Counted from the whole stretch's first letter, positions 42,134-51,076 are shown. The stretch: 61,047 nucleotides of DNA, filler included, from 9 parts of 9 records of this genome joined end to end with filler, not necessarily neighbours in it; one strand, 5' to 3'. Program-made: numbers and translations. Notes: a model not told the origin generated them from the letters alone.

Positions 42134-42445
42134 TCAGGCCGAAGCCGGGGCATGCAGGCCGCCGTGTTCGGGGAGATGCACGGCATCCCAGTAATTCTTC
42201 AATGCCGCCAGCCTCCCGGCTTCCATATCCCTTATCTTGGATGCCTCATATACTATCCAGTTGATAGTGGCTTTTAGAGGCATGCCTGATTGCTTTACCT
42301 GTAAGACGACTTCTTCAGGAGTGTAATCCAGGAGCATTATAATCGCTGCTCGGGCGGTTAACGATCCTGTTTGCCAGTCCATGGCCCCACTTTCCATATC
42401 GTCTATTGTTTTCTTTAAAGATTCCCAGATGATTCCAATTTCCAA
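42134..42445 (-). CDS. 103-aa hypothetical protein downstream of a cobalamin riboswitch
   Basis: TTG start after AAGGAAGGTG; predicted all-helical; no family recognised. Confidence 0.65.
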   Translation of the reverse strand: MEIGIIWESLKKTIDDMESGAMDWQTGSLTARAAIIMLLDYTPEEVVLQVKQSGMPLKATINWIVYEASKIRDMEAGRLAALKNYWDAVHLPEHGGLHAPASA

Positions 42446-42498
42446 CTTACACCTTCCTTTTAAATGCGTAATTTCGATTTTTACCTGATAAATCCAAT

Positions 42499-42528
42499 AA
42501 AAAACCCGCTTCGCTTATGCAAAACGGG
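42499..42528 (-). terminator. Intrinsic terminator forming the riboswitch expression platform
   Basis: Minus strand CCCGTTTTGC-ATAA-GCGAAGCGGG followed by TTTTTT. Confidence 0.75.
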
Positions 42529-42589
42529 CGGTCGAGGCTTTTTTGCCTTCTTCCACCACCTTTACCGCGAAGATGATTAGTGGTTCCCG

Positions 42590-42755
42590 AAACCGGCCGG
42601 TCTCCTGACTTGTGGATCTTCCGTAACGCCGCGCCTTCCCGATCAATGTATTGTTCAGTGGCTGTTGCAGCGTCCGTCCCCTACTTACAGTGGCGGGCCC
42701 GCAGCGGATTTTCACCGCTTTCCCGATTAAGCCTGAATAGGCGCCGGATGGGATA
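42590..42755 (-). ncRNA. Cobalamin (B12) riboswitch
   Basis: Minus strand: TTAATCGGGAA-GCGGTGAAAATCCGC...CCCGCCACTGTAA...AGCCACTG...GGGAAGGC...AAGTCAGGAGACCGGCC (B12 box). Confidence 0.92.
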
Positions 42756-43008
42756 TTCAATTTTGTCAAATATAATAACCGTTACGACTTTGATGTCAAC
42801 CTGTTTATACTCACCCGAATAATTAGCAATGGCATCGACGCCGCGTAGCGTGATCAGGCCGCATTATTAGAATTATAAAACGACTATTAAAAAATCTACA
42901 TTGATATGAATATTGATGTTGTGCTATTGCATTAAGATGTATGACTTGTTAATTTGTTTCGGGAACTGCCGCATCATCGGCAAGGGGGGCGGATTCGCCT
43001 GTTAAGCA

Positions 43009-43911
43009 ATGACGCTTTCGATTAAACATTACTTCCGCTTGGGCAACATTCTCATACTGGGTCTGGTCGTGTGGCTGGCCGTCAGCCTTGGCATGTCCGT
43101 CTTAGGCCGGCGAATTGAAAGCGGATTAATTATTAGGGGGCCGGTCGAAGTCAATCGTCTAGCCCCGCAACGCAGCAGAAGCCTTTCCGACTATGATGAT
43201 ATAGTGAAGTATAATATTTTCGGCGGTTCCAAGGGCAGTGTCGAGATCGACAAGTCCGCGGGACCTGCGACTCCGATAGTTGTCACCGGCGGAGAATACA
43301 GGCTTATCGGAACAATTGTCGAAGATGAAAAAGGGTATTTGGCCGCCATTCTGGAAAACACAAAAACAAACGAACAGGATTTATACAGACCGGGAGACAG
43401 CCTCGGTTCTTCTGAATTGATAAGCGTCAAGCCGGACAGCGTAATTATTAGACAGGATGGACGCGAGGTCACACTGCCCATATACATGTCGGAAGGAAAA
43501 AGTATCGTCGGCCGGCGGCCGGGATCGTCCCGGAATATCAGCCGGAATGTCAATAAAGCTTCATCAGGGGCCCTGGCCCGAAAAATCGGACCGAACAATT
43601 ATGTTATCGAGAGAGAAAACCTGGCCCGGCACATGGGAGATCTCAGCCTGTTTTTATCACAGGTCAGAATACAACCGTCATTTCAGAACGGGCAGCCCAA
43701 TGGATTTAAAATCGCGGCCATCAGCACTAAAAGCCCGATAAGACAACTTGGCTTCAGACGCGGTGATGTAGTTTTGGAAGTTAATGATATTTCGGTCAAC
43801 AATCCCGAAGACCTGGTGAATCTATACCGCCAGGTGCAACAATTGGAGAACGTGAACGTCAACCTGTTACGAAATGGAAATCCACTCACCATTACATACA
43901 GCCTTAGATGA
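43009..43911 (+). CDS. gspC: Type II secretion system protein C (TM + HR + PDZ)
   Basis: N-terminal TM, YRLIGTI..AAILE...QDLYRPGD HR domain, PDZ (GFKI...LGFRRGDVVLEVN). Confidence 0.85.
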   Translation: MTLSIKHYFRLGNILILGLVVWLAVSLGMSVLGRRIESGLIIRGPVEVNRLAPQRSRSLSDYDDIVKYNIFGGSKGSVEIDKSAGPATPIVVTGGEYRLIGTIVEDEKGYLAAILENTKTNEQDLYRPGDSLGSSELISVKPDSVIIRQDGREVTLPIYMSEGKSIVGRRPGSSRNISRNVNKASSGALARKIGPNNYVIERENLARHMGDLSLFLSQVRIQPSFQNGQPNGFKIAAISTKSPIRQLGFRRGDVVLEVNDISVNNPEDLVNLYRQVQQLENVNVNLLRNGNPLTITYSLR

Positions 43912-44005
43912 TCCGCTTCCTCATTCAGTATTAATATCGGCGCCGCTTGTCATTTGGCGCCGCCAAAATAATATAAGCGCCACATATTGACTGGAGGTCA
44001 GGATA

Positions 44006-45106
44006 ATGCCTTTTACATTACCGGCTTATAAAGAGCCCGATTTTGATCAACCCAAATTCAGCGCCTGCCCGAACGTTTCATTTGAAAAAGTGGAAAAACA
44101 CGGCGTTGCTCCCGAAAACTACCATGGAACTTCCGTCTATCCCGAATATTTGCAGATGGAAAAAGGCGAATGGCGTCTGCTTGAAGAGTCCCGCATGGAC
44201 TGCGTAATTGTAAAAAACGAAGGCGGCGACCTCGAAGTCAAGGAATTCAGAAACCTGAAAAAAGGCGAATGGGTTGCCTGCGGACGCAGCGAAAACGGAG
44301 AAGAAGGCATCTACGTCCATACCGATCCCTTTGAATTTCCGGAACACGTGAAGGAAAAGTTTGCTTTCCGGTCTCAGCTTACACGCGAAACATCCTTTTC
44401 AATCGATTACGACGAGTTATACAACCTGCTTGAATACGAGAGGCGGAATGGTTTTATTGTCTGGGTGCTGGGACCGGCCGTTGTTTTCGATTTTGACGCC
44501 CGCCAGGCCTTTGCCGGTCTCATTGAAAACGGTTACGTACACGCCCTGTTGGCCGGAAACGCCTTGGCCACGCATGATATAGAAGGAGCGTTTTTCGGGA
44601 CCGCACTGGGACAGGAAATATACTCCAAGACCAATGTCGCCCTCGGGCACTATAACCATTTGGACGCCCTGAACAAGGTGCGCGCGCTCGGTTCCATTGA
44701 AAAAGGGATTGAAAGCAAGGCCATAAAAGACGGGGTGATGAAAGCGGTCATGGAGAGTAAGATTCCATATGTACTGGCCGGCTCCATACGCGATGACGGG
44801 CCGCTGCCCGAGGTGGTTTCAGATGTTTACGAAGCCCAGGATCGCATGCGGGCCATAACCAGGAAAGCCACCACGGTCATCGCCCTGGCCACACAGCTCC
44901 ACACCATTGCCGTCGGCAACATGGCGCCTTCATATCATGTCAATGGCAGCGACTCGGTCAGGCCGGTTTATTTCTATACCGTCGACATGTCCGAATTCGC
45001 GGTAAACAAACTGGCCAACCGGGGCTCCCTGACCGCCAGGTCCATTTTAACCAATGTCCAGGATTTTGTGGTCACGGTGGATAGGGGCCTCAAGAACAAG
45101 CATTAA
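44006..45106 (+). CDS. TIGR00300 / ArgZ-C-like ornithine cyclodeaminase family protein
   Basis: GVAPENYH, RMDCVIV, LAGNALATHDIE, LAGSIRDDGPLP, KLANRGS. Confidence 0.8.
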   Translation: MPFTLPAYKEPDFDQPKFSACPNVSFEKVEKHGVAPENYHGTSVYPEYLQMEKGEWRLLEESRMDCVIVKNEGGDLEVKEFRNLKKGEWVACGRSENGEEGIYVHTDPFEFPEHVKEKFAFRSQLTRETSFSIDYDELYNLLEYERRNGFIVWVLGPAVVFDFDARQAFAGLIENGYVHALLAGNALATHDIEGAFFGTALGQEIYSKTNVALGHYNHLDALNKVRALGSIEKGIESKAIKDGVMKAVMESKIPYVLAGSIRDDGPLPEVVSDVYEAQDRMRAITRKATTVIALATQLHTIAVGNMAPSYHVNGSDSVRPVYFYTVDMSEFAVNKLANRGSLTARSILTNVQDFVVTVDRGLKNKH

Positions 45107-45160
45107 TAAGGTATTGACGCCTAAAGGGACGCCGCCGCCGTCGTCCCTGACAACATGACT

Positions 45161-46516
45161 TTATACTCCCCATTCCTCCTTCACCAGCAGTCCAAGGTCC
45201 AGGCCTTTTGTCTTTAATGCGCTTTTTCGCAGGATGTAATATACAACTCCCGAAATAATAAACAGAACAAAGCAGCCGATCTTTACCGGCGACTTGAGAT
45301 CAACGATCAGAACAATGCTGAAAAACAACACCATGAGCATACCCACAATCGGGCAGAACCAGAACCAGAAACCCTTTAGTTTGAATCGGGCGTTCTTATA
45401 TTGATCCGGATACAAAGAAGGCAGCCTTAGAGAGGCAAGTTGAATAGGGAGAAATATTATCAGGCCTCCCAGGGCCGCATATGAAGCCAGCGTATCCAGG
45501 GACAACCCGGATACAATGCCGGCTATCGACAATATCCAGATACAGGTCAAAAGAACATGCGGCGTCCCGAAACGTTTGTTAAGCCGCCCGAGGCTTTCCG
45601 GGAACAATCCATCCTGGATTATCATGAGCAGGGATTTTGTGCCGACCATGAAAAGCGCGTTTAATGTAGTAATCAGGGCCAGAACGGCGCCGCCGATAAT
45701 AAAAAAGATTGCGCCTCCCGGACTGCAAATTGAACGGCTGACGCTGATAAGGGGTTCGGGCAGTTCGATCAGCTTATCCACGGGCATAACGCCGACAGTA
45801 GCCAGGGCCACGCTGACGTAAACAACCGCCACAATAGGAAAGGCAATGAAAAAGGCCCGGGGTATTGTTTTGCCGGGGTCGATAATTTCGCCGCCCAATT
45901 CAATAATCCCGTTGGCGCCGAAATAAGTGAAAGTCAGCAGGGCCACGGCCAGTAAAAGGCTCCCGCTTCCCCTGGCTGTCATATCCCGAAGGTATTCCAC
46001 ATTTAAACCGGACAATCCTTTGAATGAATAATAAACCAGGGCGGCGATCAATACGAATACCAGTACCGCTTCCACCTGTGCGGCGAGTTTTAATCCGAAA
46101 ATATTGACCACATAGAAAAACGTGACAACCAGGACGGCAAAAAGCGTCGGCGGGATGGATGGATTGATTGCCTGGGCGTACTTGGCGCAGCCCAGGGCGT
46201 ATAGAGGTATTTGTCCGAAAAACGAGGCCAGCAGATAAACCCATATTCCGACAAAAGCCAATCCAGGAGAAACCATTCGGCTGGCATATTTATAATTGGC
46301 CCCTGTAACCGGCAGCGCGGAACCGAGCATGGCCATGGGCATCATGCTTATAAATACGGGAATTACAGCCAGGCCGTAGGCCAATGGCAGGCCTTGCCCG
46401 GTAATTTTCAGAGCCAGGCCGGTAAAGACAAAGACGCCCCCGCCTATCATGAATCCGACCGCTATTAGTGTGACGGCAGGTAGACCCAACACCCGTTTCA
46501 GACCAGAGTTTTCCAT
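45161..46516 (-). CDS. APC family amino acid permease
   Basis: LKRVLG, MIGGGVF, GGEIIDPGKTIPRA, RFGTPH; ~12 TM helices. Confidence 0.9.
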   Translation of the reverse strand: MENSGLKRVLGLPAVTLIAVGFMIGGGVFVFTGLALKITGQGLPLAYGLAVIPVFISMMPMAMLGSALPVTGANYKYASRMVSPGLAFVGIWVYLLASFFGQIPLYALGCAKYAQAINPSIPPTLFAVLVVTFFYVVNIFGLKLAAQVEAVLVFVLIAALVYYSFKGLSGLNVEYLRDMTARGSGSLLLAVALLTFTYFGANGIIELGGEIIDPGKTIPRAFFIAFPIVAVVYVSVALATVGVMPVDKLIELPEPLISVSRSICSPGGAIFFIIGGAVLALITTLNALFMVGTKSLLMIIQDGLFPESLGRLNKRFGTPHVLLTCIWILSIAGIVSGLSLDTLASYAALGGLIIFLPIQLASLRLPSLYPDQYKNARFKLKGFWFWFCPIVGMLMVLFFSIVLIVDLKSPVKIGCFVLFIISGVVYYILRKSALKTKGLDLGLLVKEEWGV

Positions 46517-46527
46517 GTGATTTTCCT

Positions 46528-47901
46528 TTACTCCAATAGTTTGAAGGCTAACGCGGAAAGAAAGCCGGCCAACGAAGCAAGGCCGACTGAGTCCGGTTCA
46601 CCCAAATGAACGGCTTCCGGAATCATGGTCGATGTGATCATGGTCAGGATGGATCCGGCGGCCAGTCCCTCCAAACCCACGACAACCACGGGCGGCAGGG
46701 CTTCTCCGGCCATAAAGCCGATCAGCGATCCGGCCATGGTCATAATCAATATTGTCATCCACATAAATATTATTTTACCGGGCCGCAATCCCTGGTTCTG
46801 CATCATCACGCTGCCGGACATGGCTTCGGGAAAATTGGACAGGGCGAGCCCGGCGATAAGGGTGTAAGGAACAGCCTGCCAGATGGAAAATTCATTGCCG
46901 GTAGATGCATGCAAAGACAAAGCCGCTAAAAAACCGGTCCCAATCACCAGGCCGTCCGGGACGGCGTCCAGAAGCATGCCCAGCCAAATGCCGAGGGTTC
47001 CGCCTCCGTGATCCTGTCCTACACGCCTGACATCGTCCGGAGTGGGGACTTCAGCGCCCCGGCGCAAGGCTTGGGAGGCCTTGTCGATCCATTCCAGGGC
47101 CTTATGCATTCTGGCTTCACTCAAACGCCCGAGTTCTTCAACCCTGTCCCCGGCTATATTGCGGACGGCTTCGTCCAATTCGGAGCAGGACGCTCTTATC
47201 CGGTCAAAATCTTCTTTTTTAAGGGCCAGTGCTTTTACCGGTTCGCCGGCCCTGGCGTCGGCGGTTCGGGGAGCGCCGGTAAGAAGAGCCAGTTCCCCGA
47301 GCACATCTCCTGACCCCAACTCCTTGAAAAAAATACCGTCCCGGATCAACTCCACCCGGCCGGAGCGAATAAAGAACAGACGATCTCCCGTGTCGCCTTC
47401 ATGGAAAAGATATTCACCGGTCTTAAATTCAATGGGTTCAACGCAATCCACCAGGGCGTGTATATGTTCGGAAGGAATATGATGAAGCAGGGGCACATTG
47501 CCCAGGTCTTCTATGATGCGGGCTTGCCTTTTCTTTTTATCCGCGCTGAACCAGGCAATGGCGGTGGCGTGCTTGCGCAGGAATCCACCCTTTTTGTTAA
47601 TTAAGCCGTCCAATACTACAAAAAGAACGCCGCCTAAAACGGCTCCCGCGATCATGGCCGCGAATTCAATCAAGGCCCCGCCGTTATTTTGTTCCTCTAT
47701 CACTACAGCCTCGACGGTGGGAGCAACGAGTTCAACCGTAAAAGCGGCCAATAAGGCGCCGGCCCCGAAAGCGGTTAAAACCGCGGTCAATGATTCCCTG
47801 GGCCTGATGATCAGGCCGGCGATCGATCCTATGGGAAGAGAGACCGCGCTCAACGCCCCAATAAAAAGAGCCCAAACAAGGTATTCGGACGGATATGACA
47901 C
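46528..47901 (-). CDS. ZIP-family metal transporter with an inserted cyclic-nucleotide-binding domain
   Basis: AFGAGALL, LDAVPDG, LSNFPEA, TMIPEA (ZIP); FHEGDTGDRLFFIRSG...GELALL...PRTADARA (cNMP). Confidence 0.8.
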   Translation of the reverse strand: MSYPSEYLVWALFIGALSAVSLPIGSIAGLIIRPRESLTAVLTAFGAGALLAAFTVELVAPTVEAVVIEEQNNGGALIEFAAMIAGAVLGGVLFVVLDGLINKKGGFLRKHATAIAWFSADKKKRQARIIEDLGNVPLLHHIPSEHIHALVDCVEPIEFKTGEYLFHEGDTGDRLFFIRSGRVELIRDGIFFKELGSGDVLGELALLTGAPRTADARAGEPVKALALKKEDFDRIRASCSELDEAVRNIAGDRVEELGRLSEARMHKALEWIDKASQALRRGAEVPTPDDVRRVGQDHGGGTLGIWLGMLLDAVPDGLVIGTGFLAALSLHASTGNEFSIWQAVPYTLIAGLALSNFPEAMSGSVMMQNQGLRPGKIIFMWMTILIMTMAGSLIGFMAGEALPPVVVVGLEGLAAGSILTMITSTMIPEAVHLGEPDSVGLASLAGFLSALAFKLLE

Positions 47902-48027
47902 TTGCCGGTTCCCTTATCGTGGTTTAATAAGTCGTTATTTGAAATTGCTTTAGCCGAGAAGGCCTGAAATTGATGATACTCTATTTTAAGGTATTGATCA
48001 AATATCCGCCCGGGATGCTTTATCAAG

Positions 48028-48927
48028 CTATTCTTCAAATTCCACGCTTTTTACCGGCGCTTCCCGGACCGGCAGCTTGATTTCCAAAATCAGTATTCTT
48101 TTGACACTGTTTCTGGAGTGGAGAAAGGCCTTTCTAAACCTGTTCATCCCGTAAGGCGTGCGAATATTAGCCCTGTATGATGCGGAACTGTTATGAGTCG
48201 TCTGATAGAGCCACACTCCGCCTTTTTCATCCACAAGAAAAAGCCCTACGTGATAATGAAGAATTCTCCTGGGGCTTTCCTTGCTGAATCCGGCCAAATA
48301 CAGACGACCGGTCTTCATTTGAGGCAACACGTTTTTCCAGAGGTTCTTATCCTGCGGATCGAACCCCCGCATGTTTGTCCCGTCCATTGACTCATCAGGA
48401 AAAACACCTCCATATGGACCGATAATCCTTGGATTCATTCCCTCGGCCAGGTTGAAAATCAGATCCCAGCCGTAATCCCATTGTTCGCCCCTTTCAGAAT
48501 CCGGGCCGCTGTCCCCTTTGCGGTCCTTTTGGACTTCTTCAATGGTAAAATTTTTCTGCAAAAGAAAACGGCAGATGGCTACGGTAAGCCCGCTGCAATT
48601 AAGGCCGGCGCTTTTAAATATTTTTTCAGGCCTGCGGAAAGTGGTAAACTGACCGTTTTCATCTATCGCGCCGTCGTTGCGATACGGAATACGTAAAAAT
48701 GTATTTGCGATTTCAATAGAATCGGTCTTCCGGTCAATGTTGGTCCCGGTCAGTTGATCAGGCGTCGGTATCGGTTCACCGCAATAGGCTTGATTGGAAA
48801 AAACCGCCAAAAAAAGTAAAAGCGGGCCGATGTAACATAGGAGCCCACGCCCATACATGGTTTTGGCGCGGGTTAATAATCGGAAACGCAGGCGTTCAAT
48901 TAGCGCTTTTTTTAATCTCGTAATCAA
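48028..48927 (-). CDS. Secreted hypothetical protein, divergent NlpC/P60-like cysteine hydrolase
   Basis: FLRIPYR..G, GLNCSGL, HVGLF; true start probably downstream (MYGRG...). Confidence 0.55.
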   Translation of the reverse strand: MITRLKKALIERLRFRLLTRAKTMYGRGLLCYIGPLLLFLAVFSNQAYCGEPIPTPDQLTGTNIDRKTDSIEIANTFLRIPYRNDGAIDENGQFTTFRRPEKIFKSAGLNCSGLTVAICRFLLQKNFTIEEVQKDRKGDSGPDSERGEQWDYGWDLIFNLAEGMNPRIIGPYGGVFPDESMDGTNMRGFDPQDKNLWKNVLPQMKTGRLYLAGFSKESPRRILHYHVGLFLVDEKGGVWLYQTTHNSSASYRANIRTPYGMNRFRKAFLHSRNSVKRILILEIKLPVREAPVKSVEFEE

Positions 48928-49186
48928 TTTTTAAGCAGCCTCTCCAATATTGCATTTTTCAGGCAGCGATTTTGACCCACCTTACTATTATCATTTTTTT
49001 GTGTTAATAATCAACAAGTTAATAAAAAGGAGAAATAGCAATATTATGAGGTGGAGCCTGGGAGTGAGTGTAAAGGAGAGACAGGCTGCCATCATTGTCC
49101 TTCTTAAAAATTTACGGGCGGATTCACCCGGTGGGGGACCCGGAAGGCCGGAAGCAGGGATGTATGGACGAAAAATAAAAAAAATT

Positions 49187-49217
49187 GTTGGGTTACACTA
49201 CGCTAACCCTACCTACG
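49187..49217 (-). repeat. REP-like element at the contig end
   Basis: Minus strand GTAGGTAGGGTTAGCGTAGTGTAACCCAAC: GTAG tetranucleotide plus GGGTTA..TAACCC hairpin. Confidence 0.65.
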
Positions 49218-49317
49218 NNNNNNNNNNNNNNNNNNNNNNNNNNNNNNNNNNNNNNNNNNNNTTAATTAATTAANNNNNNNNNNNNNNNNNNNNNNNNNNN
49301 NNNNNNNNNNNNNNNNN
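49218..49317. other. Artificial contig linker
   Basis: N-run with TTAATTAATTAA. Confidence 0.98.
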
Positions 49318-49318
49318 A

Positions 49319-49822
49319 GTCATCCAAACCCAGCTGCATTACGACCACTGCGGTAATACCGCTAAGTGTAAAAACGCTGAAGTCATTGTGCAGAAAAAGG
49401 AACTGGATTACGCCCAAAATCCGCATCCGCTTTTCAGCCTGATTTATGATCGGGCTTTCTTTCAGGATCTCAACTTCAGAGTTGTGGATGGAGATGTGCG
49501 AATCGACGAAGGAATCGAGCTTCTGCTGACCCCCGGCCATTCTCCAGGGGGACAGTCTGTTGCAGTAAATACGGCTAATGGCAAGGTGATCATCACCGGC
49601 TTTTGCTGCGATAACAGCCTCTTTGAAATGCCCGATGAAATAACCGGCTATTCAGCCGAAGGTTTGGAATTTCTTGAGACAATTTGGCCGGTTCGGGCGC
49701 CGGGGATTCATGTTGACGCTACAGCCGCTTATGACAGCGCTTTAAGGGTAAAAAATCTGGCTGACATCATAGTGCCCATACACGATCCCATGTTTGAACA
49801 TGTCGCAAGAATACCGGAATGA
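49319..49822 (+). CDS. N-acyl homoserine lactonase-like metallo-beta-lactamase fold protein (5' truncated)
   Basis: In-frame TQLHYDHCGN upstream of the listed ORF; TPGHSPGGQSV; PIHD. Confidence 0.85.
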   Translation, partial: VIQTQLHYDHCGNTAKCKNAEVIVQKKELDYAQNPHPLFSLIYDRAFFQDLNFRVVDGDVRIDEGIELLLTPGHSPGGQSVAVNTANGKVIITGFCCDNSLFEMPDEITGYSAEGLEFLETIWPVRAPGIHVDATAAYDSALRVKNLADIIVPIHDPMFEHVARIPE

Positions 49823-49849
49823 ATCTGCGAAACTGAAAGGACTTGACAA

Positions 49850-50055
49850 ATGACATATGTAAAAACAAGTGACGGAGTAAACCTGTATTGCGAAGTAACA
49901 GGTCAGGGTGAAGCCATTATGCTGTTAGCCAGTTGGACAACGAGCACCCAATCCAATGGTGGAAAAAGCAGATACCGGCGCTAAGTAAAGGTCATCGCGT
50001 CATAGCATTGGATATAAGGCAGACATACCATATGCTGTGCCCGCCAAGGATATAG
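49850..50055 (+). pseudogene. Alpha/beta hydrolase remnant, frameshifted and truncated
   Basis: MTYVKTSDGVNLYCEVTGQGEAIMLLASWTTSTQ, then a CCAAT duplication shifts the frame to QWWKKQIPALSKGHRVIALDIR; homology ends there. Confidence 0.75.
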
Positions 50056-50244
50056 TATTTTGGATCCAAATTAGGGAAAGGATTACTATAACTACTAACC
50101 TCAGGACTTCACCAACCGTGTATAAAGTGCGATACTTACCGGACATTTTATATATATCGCAGCAAGCCGCAAGATATCAAATCCGCTTCATTAGACTTTC
50201 TACCGGTCATATTCGGTTTCACCGAAATAGGCCTAAAAAAAATC

Positions 50245-50304
50245 TTGACATTCCGTCCAAAAACATTTTAAATCAATCGAATGATTGATAATCAATCGAT
50301 TGAT
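50245..50304 (+). promoter_or_regulatory. Promoter and tandem palindromic TetR operators
   Basis: TTGACA (50245), 17-bp spacer, TTAAAT; ATCAATCGAATGAT (50272) and perfect palindrome ATCAATCGATTGAT (50291). Confidence 0.7.
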
Positions 50305-50347
50305 CCTATATCCAAGACCAAAAACAGGAAAGGCGAAACGGAATATA

Positions 50348-51076
50348 ATGGTCCGTAAAAAAGAAGGCCCTGACACCAGGGAAAGAATCATCAAAGCCGC
50401 CGAAGCCCTTTTCGCCGAACAGGGATACGACGGAACATCAACCAGGCAAATAGCCGCGAATGCTGAAATATCATTACAAACTCTCCATTATCACTGCGAC
50501 GACAAATCAACGCTGTACAATCTCGTGCTCGAGCGGGCTCTGGCGCCCGTCGCTCATATCATTGATCACAACGTAAAAATAATGGCCGAAGTGGACCTCA
50601 ATGACGATCAGGCTTTCCAGGTCGCCATCAACAATGTCATTGAAGAACTGTTCGACGAATTTCACGAAAACCCGAATTTTCCACTGCTTCTACTTAGACA
50701 ATGGCTTGAGCAAAATCCGAATCTAAGACAGGTGGAATGGGACCTTCTCGTCCCGGCCATCATGAAATGGGTGAGTCAGGTTCAAAAGAGCATGGATCCC
50801 AGCCGATATTTCGGCATAGATCTTCATTTAATGTTCTTTTCCATTTCGTGGACCTATTGGGGTTTGCTAAGCAATCCTCAATTCCTGGGAGAATTGATGG
50901 GCCTTGACCCTGAGTCCATGGAATTTAACTCGCAATTAAAAGCGCATGCCAAAGAAATGACCGCCCGGATCATGGGCGGAGGCTGCAGATTTTCCAGGAA
51001 CAATCCTGGAGGTCCAATGCCTTCGCCATGCATGTGGTGCAATCGTAAAGACGAGTGTACGAATGACAAAATATAA
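50348..51076 (+). CDS. TetR/AcrR family regulator with a Cys-rich C-terminal tail
   Basis: TRERIIKAAEALFAEQGYDGTSTRQIA HTH; tail C-X14-C-X2-C-X5-C. Confidence 0.9.
   Translation: MVRKKEGPDTRERIIKAAEALFAEQGYDGTSTRQIAANAEISLQTLHYHCDDKSTLYNLVLERALAPVAHIIDHNVKIMAEVDLNDDQAFQVAINNVIEELFDEFHENPNFPLLLLRQWLEQNPNLRQVEWDLLVPAIMKWVSQVQKSMDPSRYFGIDLHLMFFSISWTYWGLLSNPQFLGELMGLDPESMEFNSQLKAHAKEMTARIMGGGCRFSRNNPGGPMPSPCMWCNRKDECTNDKI

Noticed and set aside
42515-42822. ORFs 42515-42769 and 42580-42822
   Set aside because: They overlap the cobalamin riboswitch and are spurious translations of structured RNA.
21985-43911. Pairing the secretin-like protein with gspC as one secretion system
   Set aside because: They are on different contigs with different composition, so there is no evidence they share a genome.
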